From assembly GCA_951406725.2 (NCBI GenBank), contig OX597837.1, positions 35,836,001 to 35,900,000 on the forward strand: a DNA stretch of 64,000 bases, read 5' to 3'. Positions within the stretch are counted from its first letter, which is position 1; the number at the start of each line of letters is the position of its first letter. Below the pieces are notes generated by a model. That model ran no database searches. It was not told the DNA's origin and saw only the letters and a list, made by a program, of their open reading frames with translations. Below, in pieces: positions 1-10,966 of the stretch. The stretch comes from Octopus vulgaris (lineage: Eukaryota). A program made the translations under genes and the position numbers.

Positions 1-178
1 CACACACATATATACGACGGGGTTCTTTCAGTTTCCGTCTACCAAATCCACTCACAAAGCTTTGGTCAGCCCAAGGCTATAGTAGAAGACACTTGCCCAA
101 GGTGCAATGCAGTGGGACTGAACCAGGAACCATGTGGTTGGTAAGCAAGCTACTTACCACACACCTACTCCTACGCCT
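1..178 (-). mobile_element. SINE family A, 5' half (cut by the window edge)
   Basis: Reverse complement of the tRNA-like head GGCTGTGTGGTAAG...GGTTCAGTCCCAC shared with more than 15 copies in the window. Confidence 0.85.
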
Positions 179-794
179 ATCATTGTTAAACTTTGTAGAA
201 ATAGCAGTTAAATTTCTCATCACTGTTCAACTTTCTAGAAATAGTAGCTAAATCTCTCTCAAATCACTTTTCCACTCTGTAGAAATAGCAGCCAAATCTC
301 CCTCATATTGCTGTAGTACTTTAAAAGAATAGAAGGTTGTAGGTACCTAAATGATAGCAGTGCGAAATAATCCCTTTTATCACCCGCCAAAACAGCTGAA
401 ATGTGATGAGGGCTTTTCTCCCTTGCTGTGTTGTTCAACTTGTTAGAAATAGCAGCTAAATGTCTGTCACTTCACTGTAATGTTTTAAAAGAATGGACGG
501 CTGTAGGTACAGAAATAGTGATGTGAAATAACCTCATTTGTCACCCACCAAAATAAGTGAATTGTGATGCAAAATACAGCCTCTTCCCTCTGTGTTTGTT
601 ATTCAGCTTATTAGAAATGATAGCTAATTCTTCCTCAAATCCAACTGCAGTGTTTTTAAGGCTAACTATATCGGTTCACAAATAATAGCTGTGGGACATA
701 GCTTTGTCACCCATTGAAATAATGGAGCACTGATGTTAAAAAGGGGGGTCAAATTGTTAGAAATAACAGTTAAATGTCCCTTGAATGTCCCTCT

Positions 795-1178
795 CTCTTT
801 ACTCTCTTTTCTCTTTTACTCTTTTACTTGTTTCAGTCATTTGACTGCGGCCATGCTGGAGCACCACCTTTAGTACTTATTCTATCGGTCTCTTTTTGCC
901 GAACCGCTAAGTGACGGGGACGTAAACACACCAGCATCGGTTGTCAAGCAATGCTAGGGGGACAAACACAGACACACAAACACACGCACATATACATATA
1001 TATATATATACATATATACGACAGGCTTCTTTCAGTTTCCGTCTACCAAATCCACTCACAAGGCATTGGTCGGCCCGGGGCTATAGCAGAAGATACTTGC
1101 CCAAGATGCCACGCAGTGGGACTGAACCCGGATCCATGTGGTTGGTTAGCAAGCTACTTACCACACAGCCACTCCTGC
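795..1178 (-). mobile_element. SINE family A (tRNA-derived head, internal (TA)n(TG)n, (GTAAAAGA)n tail)
   Basis: Near full-length copy with A-box-like and B-box-like head, internal microsatellite and tandem tail. Confidence 0.9.
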
Positions 1179-1554
1179 AGTGTTTTCAAAAAGGAATGAG
1201 AGGTTACATGCCTGAATACCCATGTATTCATAAATTACAGTAGCACAAAATAAACTCCTTAGTGACCCGCCGAAATAACTGAGATGAAATGGAGCAAAGA
1301 GAGGTCATAGAGGGAGGGTTCAATTTGCTAAAAATAGCAGCTAAATGTCCCTTGAATCACACTAGGGTTTTAGAAAGAAAGAGGGAAGGCTGCATGGCTG
1401 AATAACCACATGGAAACATAAATTGCTGTGGTATGAATAACATGTGTGTTTGGTATTTAATTTTACTGATTTTGCTAGGATTTGAACCTGGAATGTAGGG
1501 AGCTGGAACTGATACTGTAGTGTCATTTTGTCTATTACTATAATGGTTCTGCCA

Positions 1555-2382
1555 ATAGATACAGAGAAGGACAGATAGATATAGATAGATAGAGTGGTGG
1601 GTGAGTAGATAGATATCTATATAGAGATAGATAACTGGCTGAGAGCAGGATAGACATACACATAAATGGTTGGCCAGGCGGATGGATGGATGAATATAGA
1701 GGTAGATAGATAGATAGGTAGATAAATGGATAAGTAGGACGACAGAAAAAGAGACAGACAGAATGATAGTGACAGATATAGATAGATAGAATGATAGACA
1801 TATAGATAGATAAATAGGTAGATAGAATGATAGACATATAGATAGATAGATAGACAGAATGATAGTTATAGATGGATAGATAGATATATAGAATGATAGA
1901 CATATAGATAGATAGATAGACATATAGATAGATAGAATGATAGACATATAGATAGATAGGTAGATAGAATGATAGACATATAGATAGATAAGTTTCTTTA
2001 TTGGCCACACAGGGCTGCACACAGATGGGACAAGTTAGATGGTAGAGCTTTTCTTTTGGGGGAGAAAAAAAATAGGTGGCGTAGGTTTTCGATGAAAAGG
2101 GATCGTAAAAGGGAAAAAAGAACAAAAAAAAGGAAAAAAAGGAAAAGAAAAAAATAGATAGATAGGTAGATAGAATGATAGACATATAGACAGATAGATA
2201 GATAGATAGGCAGAATGATAGCTATAGATAGGTAGATAGACATATAGATAGATAGATAGATAGACTGATAGATAGATAGAATGATAGACATATAGATAGA
2301 TAGGTAGATAGAATGATAGACATATAGATAGATAGGTAGATAGAATGATAGACATATAGGTAGATAGAATGATAGACATATC
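1555..2382. repeat. (GATA)n-derived microsatellite with a higher-order unit GATAGAATGATAGACATATA
   Basis: Direct reading. Confidence 0.9.
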
Positions 2383-2828
2383 TTTGTCATCCACCTTTTA
2401 AATAACGACTGTGATGAGTGAGAGGGCTTCTCCCTTCTGCACTGTTATTCAACCTGGTCGAAATAGCAGCTAAATCTTTCTCAGATTTCATTGTCATTCG
2501 TCTAAAATAACTGAGATATGATGAGGGAGAGAAAAAGGAAGGTTGTCTATGTTGTTAGAAATAGCAGCTAAGTCTCCCTCAAATTTCATTGTAGTGTTTT
2601 TAAAGGAGATGGTGGAAGACTTATGCTATGCAAATGAGTAGTGGCATAATTATACAATCAGCACCGGAAATAACCTCGTTTGTCACCCATCTGAAACGAG
2701 ATAGGATGCGAAAGAGAAGGCCGTCTCCACGTTGTTGGTTCGACTTGCTAGAAATAGCAGCTAAATCTCCCTTGACATTCTACTGTAGTATTTTCGAAAG
2801 GAAGGAAGGAAGGAAAGCTTATATAAGT

Positions 2829-2985
2829 GGAGTGGCTGTGTGGTAAGTAGCTTGCTAACCAACCACATGGTTCCGGGTTCAGTCCCACTGCGTAGCACCT
2901 TGGGCAAGTGTCTTCTACTATAGCCTCGGGCCGACCAAAGCCTTGTGAGTGGATTTGGTAGACGGAAACTGAAAGAAGCCTGTCG

Positions 2986-3028
<43 letters not shown>

Positions 3029-3450
3029 TTGTGTGTCTGTGTTTGTCCCCCTAGCATTGCCTGACAACCGATGCTGGTATGTTTACGTCCCTGTCACTTA
3101 GCGGTTCGGCAAAAGAGACCGATAGAATAAGTACTGGGCTTACACAGAATAAGTTCCGGGGTCGATTTGCTCGACTAAAGGCGGTGCTCCAGCATGGCCG
3201 CAGTCAAATGACTGAAATAAGTAAAAGAGTAAAGAGAGAGTAAGAGTATATATGTATATATATATATATGTGTGTGTGTGTTTGTCCCCCCAACATCGTT
3301 TGACAACCAATGCTGGTGTGTTTACGTTCCTGTAACTTAGCAAAAAGAGACCGATAGAATAAGTCCTGGGTCGATTTGCTCGACTAAAGGCGGTGCTCCA
3401 GCATGGCCACAGTCAGATGACTGAAACAAGTAAGAGAAAAAGAATAAAAG
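2829..3450 (+). mobile_element. SINE family A full copy plus a duplicated 3' half
   Basis: Full copy 2829-3240; second 3' half about 3270-3450. Confidence 0.9.
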
Positions 3451-3548
3451 AATATAAGGGAATAAACAAGTAAATAACATAAATAGCAGATGTGGGAAAC
3501 AACTCTGTCACCCGAGGACCCACCTTCCTCTATGTGGTCAAAACAAGG

Positions 3549-3592
<44 letters not shown>

Positions 3593-4034
3593 TGGGTTTT
3601 CAGTTTCCGTCTTCCACATCCACTCAGAAGACTCTGGTCAGCCAAGGGCTGCTATAACAGAGGAACTTGCTCAAGGTCCTGCAGAGGGGCACTGGACCCC
3701 AGACTGCTTTATTCTTTCTATCCCTATCTTCCATAAAGCCTTGCTAGCATTAGTCGTTACGGACCCTAAAATCATTGCCGAAGGCAAGCAATATGCTTTG
3801 TCCCCTAATCTAAAGTTAAGGTATTTAAGGACAAAGGGGGCAGGGAGCATTACTAGTCAAGTCTATAACTGTTAATTAACCTTTAGGGATCAATTATGGA
3901 AGCGCATTGGTCCTTATTAACCCCTTTGTTGTGGAAAAGGTATGGAGGGGGCTGGCCCTTTGATAACCCAGATATTGCTTGTTTGCATAGCAACACTTAC
4001 ACTGGTTGTGTTTAATTGCAGACTTTTGTCTATG

Positions 4035-4046
4035 CATGTATGCGTG

Positions 4047-4081
<35 letters not shown>

Positions 4082-4328
4082 ATGTCTGTGTGTGTGTGTA
4101 TGTTGTGTGTGTGTGTGTGTATGTTGTGTGTGCATATGTCTGTATATGTTGTGTGTGTGCATGTCTGTATATGTTGTGTGTGTGTGTGCATATGTCTGTA
4201 TATGTAGTGTATGTGTGTGTGCATGTCTGTATATGTAGTGTGTGTATGTGTGTGTGCATGTCTGTATATGTAGTGTGTGTATGTGTGTGTGCATGTCTGT
4301 ATATGTAGGCATGTGTGTGTGTATGTGT
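4035..4328. repeat. (TG)n-based minisatellite (GTGTGTGCATGTCTGTATATGT unit)
   Basis: About 7 visible higher-order units. Confidence 0.85.
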
Positions 4329-4330
4329 AA

Positions 4331-4950
4331 GTAGCTGTGTGGTTGCTTGCTTACCAACAACATGGTTCTGGGTTCAGTCCCACTGCGTAGCACCTTGGGC
4401 AAGTGTCTTCTACTGTAGTCTCAGGCTGACTAAAGCCTTGTGAGTGGATTTGGTAGATGGAAACTGAAAGAAGCCTGTCGTGTATATATATTGGGTTGGT
4501 GCATAATTATTGCGGCTTTTTTTCAACAAATTTTATTCAACAAAAACAATAACGATATTTAACAAAAACATCTTTGAATGACAGTCTGACCGTCTGCCAA
4601 GCAAATGGGAAGCAGTAATTGAAATGGATGGTGAATATGCTCCAGAATAATCATTCAAAGATGTTTTTGTTACATGTTATTATTGCTTTTGTTGAATAAA
4701 ATTCGTTGAAAAAAAAGCTGCAATAATTATGCACTAACCTAATATGTGTGTGTGTGTGTTTGTCCCCTCATTGCTTCACAACCGATGTTGGTGTGTTTAC
4801 ATCCCTGTAACTTAGTAGTTTGGCAGAAGAGACTGATAAAATAAGCACCAAGCTTACAAAGAATAAGTCCAAGGGTCACTTTCTTCAGCTACAAGGTGGT
4901 GCTCCACCATGGCCACAATCAAATGACTGAAACAAGTAAAAGAATAAAAG
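4331..4950 (+). mobile_element. SINE family A interrupted by a mariner MITE
   Basis: 5' half 4331-4490, 3' half 4743-4950. Confidence 0.85.
4491..4742. mobile_element. Mariner-derived MITE with about 100-bp inverted arms and TA target duplication
   Basis: Termini TTGGGTTGGTGCATAATTATTGC...GCAATAATTATGCACTAACCTAA flanked by TA. The spacer translates LPSKWEAVIEMDGEY, the mariner transposase C-terminal motif. Confidence 0.9.
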
Positions 4951-4992
<42 letters not shown>

Positions 4993-4997
4993 CAGGT

Positions 4998-5370
4998 GCA
5001 GGCATGGCTATGTGATATGAAATTTGCTTTTGAACTACATGGTCCAGGGTTCAGTCTCTCTGAGTGGCACCTTGGGCAAGTGTCTTTTACTGTAGCCTCA
5101 AGCTGACCAAAAGCTTGTGAGTGAATTTGATAGATGGAAACTAAAAGAAGCCCATCTTATATACATGTGTGTGTGTGTGTCTTTGTGTCTGTTTGTCCCC
5201 CACCCCCACTGGACAGCCGGTGTTGGTGTGTTTATGTCTCTGTAATCTAGCAGTTTGGCAAAAGCGACTGACAGAATAAGTACTGGGCTTAAAGATAACA
5301 TTAGTACAGGGATCAATCAGTTCAACTAAAATTCCTGAAGGTAGTGCCCCAGTATGGCCACAGTCTGATA
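4998..5370 (+). mobile_element. SINE family A, older diverged copy
   Basis: Same domain order as the other copies; 3' end cut at the Helitron insertion. Confidence 0.8.
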
Positions 5371-5843
5371 TCTATATATATAAAACTCAACTTGTGTGTC
5401 TGTGTGTGTATCTGTGTGTGTGTCTGTGTGTTTAACTTCCCGGCACATCTCCTCCTAGCCAACAAATCGTAGAACCACCAAAAATGGGTCATTTAAAGTA
5501 TAGGCGAATGAAAATTGAACTGCGCTATTTCTGTTCCGAAATTCATCTCGCAAGTGCAAAAATTGATAATGTGTTTGTTTAGGCCTTATCCCATGCATTG
5601 AATAGTGAACTTTACTCAGTCAGCTGTTTGACGTGAACTGTGTTCACCACGCATGCAAGCATGCGTAAATTGCATGAAAACATTGTAGAAAATCGACAAA
5701 GAAATGGATTTTCGGGATGTAGCCTGGAGGGTTTTTTCGTATTAATCGTTTGGACTTTGTGAACACATACCAATTGTTTTCATAACATTTTTAACGTTTT
5801 GAATTAAATGTGACCATTTTGCAAAGCCGAGCAATACTGCTAG
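5371..5843 (+). mobile_element. Non-autonomous Helitron
   Basis: 5' A|TCTATATATATAAAA and 3' GCAAAGCCGAGC...CTAG|T; inserted between A and T with no target duplication. Confidence 0.7.
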
Positions 5844-6051
5844 TATATAATAGACTACTATAACACTGGCAGCCCTCTATATATCACCCAGCTTTCATCA
5901 TATTCTGTTTACTCCTCATGAAATAATCGTCACTGATTGGATTGACTGCATCTCACCTGCTTAGGGCTCTACACTCGTACATTTTGCTTTACCAAGTGGT
6001 TTGTAGCCTGATCCTCTAAAGGAACCTTTTTGTGATTATCACTGGATCATA

Positions 6052-6480
6052 TTATAATAATAATGAAGTTATTGTATACAGTGCTCAGGTGCACCACAAC
6101 TTGTCAGAAAGTGCATATAAAGTACATGCAGTAATGTACAAATGTCTGGAAAGCGAACAGTGTATGAGTCAGATACATGCTTGCGTGTGTATGGAGGGGA
6201 GAAAAATCAGGTGTAGTGTTAGCGAATCTCAGAAAGCATGGAGGTTTTGAAGGATGCAGTGCTCCGACAACTAACAACTGATGCTGGCAGTTTGTTCCAT
6301 GCTTCAGCAACTCTCAGCGTGAAAAAATGTTTCCTGAAGTCATGGGAGCTGTGCTGTTTTCTGACTTTGTAAATATGTCCACGGGTGTTGGATGGGTGGA
6401 GTTTGAAAAAGTGCTCAGAGTTATTGTTTGTAAGATGGTTGATAATTTTATGGGTGTCTGTCAAGTCAGCTGCCAGATGT
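6052..6480 (-). mobile_element. CR1/L2-clade LINE 3' end
   Basis: ORF2 C-terminal motif TRGH...RKHFFTLRVAEAWNKLP; (TTA)n-like tail near 6055. Confidence 0.85.
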
Positions 6481-6486
6481 TGGAGT

Positions 6487-6632
6487 ATCATCATCACCGT
6501 TTAACGTCCATTTTCCATGCTAGCATGGGTTGGACAGTTTGACTGGGGTCTGAGAAACCAGGAGGCTGCACCAGGCTCCAGTCTGATCTGGCAGTGTTTC
6601 TACAACTGGATGCCCTTCCTAATGCCAATCAC
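6487..6632 (-). mobile_element. SINE family E fragment ((GAT)n-tailed)
   Basis: Matches 16424-16722, 36827-37003 and 60014-60345 (GGAAGGGCATCCAG...CATGCTAGCATGG...CGTTAAACGATGATG). Confidence 0.8.
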
Positions 6633-6659
6633 TTCATGGTTGTATATACAGTTTTTCTC

Positions 6660-7002
6660 TAAATCACTGTCATAAAAGGGCAAAGAGCCCCTTCAGTCAT
6701 GAATGACCTTGCGATTGCACCTAGAAAGTTTCCCACTGAGGCACGAGTCCGAGCAAGGTTGTTAATGGAAGACCAGTAGTCGCCCGTGCCTACCAGTCCC
6801 CCCTCTCCACACCACCGAAAAGCAAAGGGGCCGATACAGCTTGGCACCAGTGACATCACAACTCATTTCTACAGCTGAGGGAAATGGCGCAACATGAAAA
6901 TAAAGTATCTTGCTCAAGAACGCAACACACAGCCCAGTCCAGGAATCGAACTCACTCCCTCATGATTGTGAGCTCAGCACTCTAACCACTGAGCCATGTG
7001 CC
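6660..7002 (-). mobile_element. SINE family D (tRNA head, TCYTTGAGCAAG central domain)
   Basis: Head GGCTCAGTGGTTAG...GTTCGATTCC; related to 28520-28860 and 56324-56486. Confidence 0.8.
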
Positions 7003-7006
7003 TTAA

Positions 7007-7947
7007 CCCTTTAGCATTTAAACCGGCCATATCTGGCCAAAAGTATTCTGCCTGTTTTATGTTCAAACTGGCCAGATCTGGTCTCTCACACCAACCCTAC
7101 AATATCGTTTTAAAAATTAACAGCTACCTCATCAAAATCTCAAAACTACAAGATAATGCATTTAAACCGGCCATATCCGGCCAAAAGTATTCTGCCTGTT
7201 TTATGTTCAAACTGGCCAGATCTGGTCTCTCACACCAACCCTACAATATCATTTTAAAAATTAACAGCTACCTCATCAAAATCTCAAAACTACAAGATAA
7301 TGCATTTAAACTGGCCATATCTGGCCAAAAGTATTCTGCCTGTTTTATGTTCAAACTGGCCAGATCTGGTCTCTCACACCAACCCTACAATATCGTTTTA
7401 AAAATTAACAGCTACCTCATCAAAATCTCATAGCTACAAGATAATGCATTTAAACCGGCCATATCCGGCCAAAAGTATCCAGCCTGTTTTATGTTCAAAC
7501 TGGCCAGATCTGGTCTCTCACACCAACCCTACAATATCATTTTAAAAATTAACAGCTACCTCATCAAAATCTCATAGCTACAAGATAATGCATTTAAACT
7601 GGCCATATCTGGCCAAAAGTATCCAGCCTGTTTTATCTTCAAACTGGCCAGATCTGGTCTCTCACACCAACCCTACAATATCGTTTTAAAAATTAACAGC
7701 TACCTCATCAAAATCTCATAGCTACAAGATAATGCATTTAAACTGGCCATATCTGGCCAAAAGTATTCTGCCTGTTTTATGTTCAAACTGGCCAGATCTG
7801 GTCTCTCACACCAACCCTACAATATCATTTTAAAAGTTAACAGCTACCTCATCAAAATCTCATAGCTACAAGATAATGCATGATTAGTTCAAAGCAATGT
7901 GGATGAAGAAGCATTAATTTTGGCAGAATAATGCAAACACTAAAGGG
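7007..7947. mobile_element. piggyBac-type MITE containing a 6 x 144-bp tandem array
   Basis: TTAA (7003-7006)|CCCTTTAG...CTAAAGGG|TTAA (7948-7951). Units start at 7014, 7158, 7302, 7446, 7590 and 7734. Confidence 0.9.
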
Positions 7948-8211
7948 TTAAATACACACTAAACATGTCTATATCTGTCCCCTTATTTCCAAACAATAAG
8001 CTTCTCCTTTTCTTTACTGGCACATTAATCCAGAATTTATGTTGTATGGTATTTAGTATCCCTGTATTTGTCTTTTTTTTTTTCGTAGCCATGCCCCTGG
8101 CTACTTTGTGTTATTTCTCTTGACCCCTTTTTCTTGAAATTATATTCTTTGTGTCTTTGGTGCCAAATGACTGACCATATCTTTTCCTTTTTTTCTCTTT
8201 CCGTTCTGCAG

Positions 8212-8371
8212 TAATTACGAAGACGACTTTGAGCCTGACGACGAAGATTCCATCCAAGAAGAACTCGTTAGTCCCGGCAGTGAGTTCCTCCGACAGAGAT
8301 CTTCGATGCCAAGAACGACGTCCAATATCTGTGACCCTTATTACTTTAGGAACGGGGATCTGCATTTCTAG
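8212..8371 (+). CDS. Putative last coding exon of an unidentified host gene (..NYEDDFEPDDEDSIQEELVSPGSEFLRQRSSMPRTTSNICDPYYFRNGDLHF*)
   Basis: Branch-point-like CTGAC at 8171, a 25-nt polypyrimidine tract and CAG acceptor ending at 8211. One base plus 52 open codons of non-repetitive, protein-like sequence run to TAG at 8369-8371. It is absent from the ORF track because it has no start codon of its own. Confidence 0.65.
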
Positions 8372-8974
8372 AACAACCCCCCCACCCTGCTCCTCTTGTT
8401 CAATCGTTTCTCTACCCACCCACCTACCCACCATCTACGCCACCTTCATTACAACCACCACCACCACCACCTCCACACTATTACCACAGCCCCTACTACT
8501 GCTTGTATTTCTCTCACCATCACCACCACCACCACCACCACCACTGCAGTATTACTACTACTACTACAACCACCACAACGGCTATTACCACCACCACCAC
8601 CACCGCTACTACTAGAACTATGTATGAACTATCCCCACCCCTAATCTTCCCTTTTTCTTTATGTTCTGAGTCCTTTTTTTTTTCCTTTATCGATTTTTGC
8701 TCTGAAAAGGAAAATGAAAAATCTCACCATGCCCACCCCCACTGCCAACGAATGATGAAATGTTTTTTTTTTTGTTTTTTTTTTTGTCTCCTTGGAAATT
8801 TTCAATTTCTCTTGCTGCTTGCTATGACATGACTGATGGTCTGTCTGTCATCGTATTGTGGTAACCGTGGCGCCAACGATCCCTCCATGTTGCTAAAGAG
8901 AGATGAATGGTCTGACCTAACCATGTCCCGTGATATTTTAGAATTGCCATGACAGCTCCTCCGTCTTCTGTCAT

Positions 8975-9410
8975 CATTTAACAGACTTGTCATCACATCT
9001 TAAACAGACTTGTCCATCATCTCTTGACACGCTTGTCATCACCATTTTAAGCCTGTCATTGCCATTTAGACTCTGGTATTTAACAAATTGTCATCGCTCC
9101 TTTACCGACTTATCATCGCCTAGTTACTGGCCGTCATCACTTCATTAACAACCATCGCCATTTCATTACTGACCAGTGTCACCGCTTTACCGGCGTCACC
9201 GCTTTACCGGCTATTGTCACCACCCCTTTACTGATCGGTGTCGTCAACCCTTTACCGGCCGTCATCACTTCTTTGCCAACCATCATCACCCCTCTGCCAG
9301 CTGTCATCACTCCTTTGCTGACTGTCATTACTTCTTTACTAAGTGTCATCACAACTTTCTTGACCATCACATTTTTTTGCTGTCCGTCAACACTTACCAC
9401 CATCGCTTCT
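8975..9410. repeat. Degenerate minisatellite of about 21 bp (GTCATCACYCCTTTAC core)
   Basis: GTCATCAC-like core recurs every 20-21 bp, about 20 times. Confidence 0.75.
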
Positions 9411-9557
9411 CAGAGGACTCAGAATTTTGAAAATTCTTGCTTTTCTTTTCCCCGTTACTTGAAGATCCCGAGCTAAGGCGCATGGAATAATGTCTAATGC
9501 TGTCTGTGACAGTTTGGTAAATTCTATATTTGTGCTATTTTGGCAACATTACCGTTT

Positions 9558-9591
<34 letters not shown>

Positions 9592-10005
9592 TATTTTTTG
9601 AATGAAGTAACAAGAATTTGATCCGAACCAGGAGAGAGAGAGAGAGAGAGAAAGTGCAGTCTGAATATTTGTTAATCGTTTTCCAGAATGAGTCTTTAGG
9701 TATGGTTCCTAGAAATTCTGTTTGTTCTTTTGAAACGGAGCTTTAAGTCGTATCTATAAAGACAACATCTGTTTGTTGTCGAAACACACTCTTACACCAA
9801 AACGAAACGTGTGTTGCTTCCTTTATGAAGCTGAGCTTTAGGGGCTATTTCATGTCTTAAAAAAAATATTTCTGAAGAATCTGCATTTTACCATTTTTGA
9901 ATCTACGAGGTCATTAAACACTAAATCTGCTTTACACAATCAATCCTTTATGTTTGGTTCTTCTGATTTCTTTGTTATTATTATTATTATTAATATTATT
10001 ATTAT

Positions 10006-10620
10006 AGGCGACAAGCTGGCAGAATCGTTAGCATGTCAGGCATATGCTTGATGGCCTCTCATCCGTCTTTACATTCTGGGTTCAAATTCTGCTGAGGTCA
10101 ACTTTACCTTTCATCTTTTTGGGTGAGTCGATGAAATAAGTACCAGGTCAATGTGATCAACTCTCCCCTTCTCCACAAATTCCAGGCCTTGTGCCTAGAG
10201 TAGAAAGAATTATTATTATTATTATTATTATTATCAAGGTGGTGAGCTGGCAGAAACGTTAGCATACTGGGTGAAATGCTTAGTGGCAGCTTGTCTGCTG
10301 CTATGTTCTGAGTTCAAATTCTGCCAAGGTTGACTTTGCCTTTCATCCTTCCAGGAGACGATAAAATAAATACCAGTTGCGCACTGGGGTCAGTGTAACT
10401 TATCCTTTCCCCAAAGTTGCTGGCCTTGTGCCAAAAGTTGAACCCATTATTATTATTATTATTATTATTATTAGAATGGTGGTTTGGCTGACTCATTTTC
10501 ATTTACACATTGGACAAAATGCTTATTGGCATTCCTTCCCACCCTTCACGTTCTGAGTTCAGTTCCTGCCACTGTCGAGTTTGCCTTCCTTTTGAGGTCA
10601 ATGAAATGAAGTACAAGTTA
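10006..10620 (+). mobile_element. Cluster of 2-3 diverged SINE family B copies (Nin/Deu-domain-like) separated by (ATT)n
   Basis: GAGCTGGCAGAA..GTTAGC head and GCCTTTCATCCTT..GTCGATAAAATAAGTACCAG core. Confidence 0.8.
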
Positions 10621-10966
10621 AGTTCTAGAGTCCATGGAATTAAGATAAAACCGAAAAAGAAATAAAACGAAGCAAAACATGAACACAATAAGAAATATAT
10701 TTTAAGTTTATTTATAATGATGCCATCATCGTCATCAGCCAGACCTCAGCCACACAGAGGAAGCCTGATATCCCATCTATATCATTTATGAATTATTGTT
10801 TGGCTGTCGGTCTACTGTGATATCTGTTGTGTGAGAAGATGTTATCTCCATAACATAGCCACAGAGCTAGCATTTATAATGTAGCCACAGATAAGCAGTG
10901 ATATAATAGTGTAGCAAAGCTAGCATTTATAATGTGGCCAGAGATTAACAGTGGTACAATTGTGTC

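Larger units (their letters stand above)
185..3490 (+). repeat. Old degenerate tandem repeat with core AGAAATAGCAGCTAAAT, split by later insertions
   Basis: Core recurs at about 197, 237, 281, 445, 613, 759, 1329, 2459, 2556, 2750 and 3478. Confidence 0.7.

Noticed and set aside
6996-7433. 145-aa ORF with 48-aa repeats
   Set aside because: By-product of the 144-bp unit inside a MITE; later units contain an in-frame TAG.
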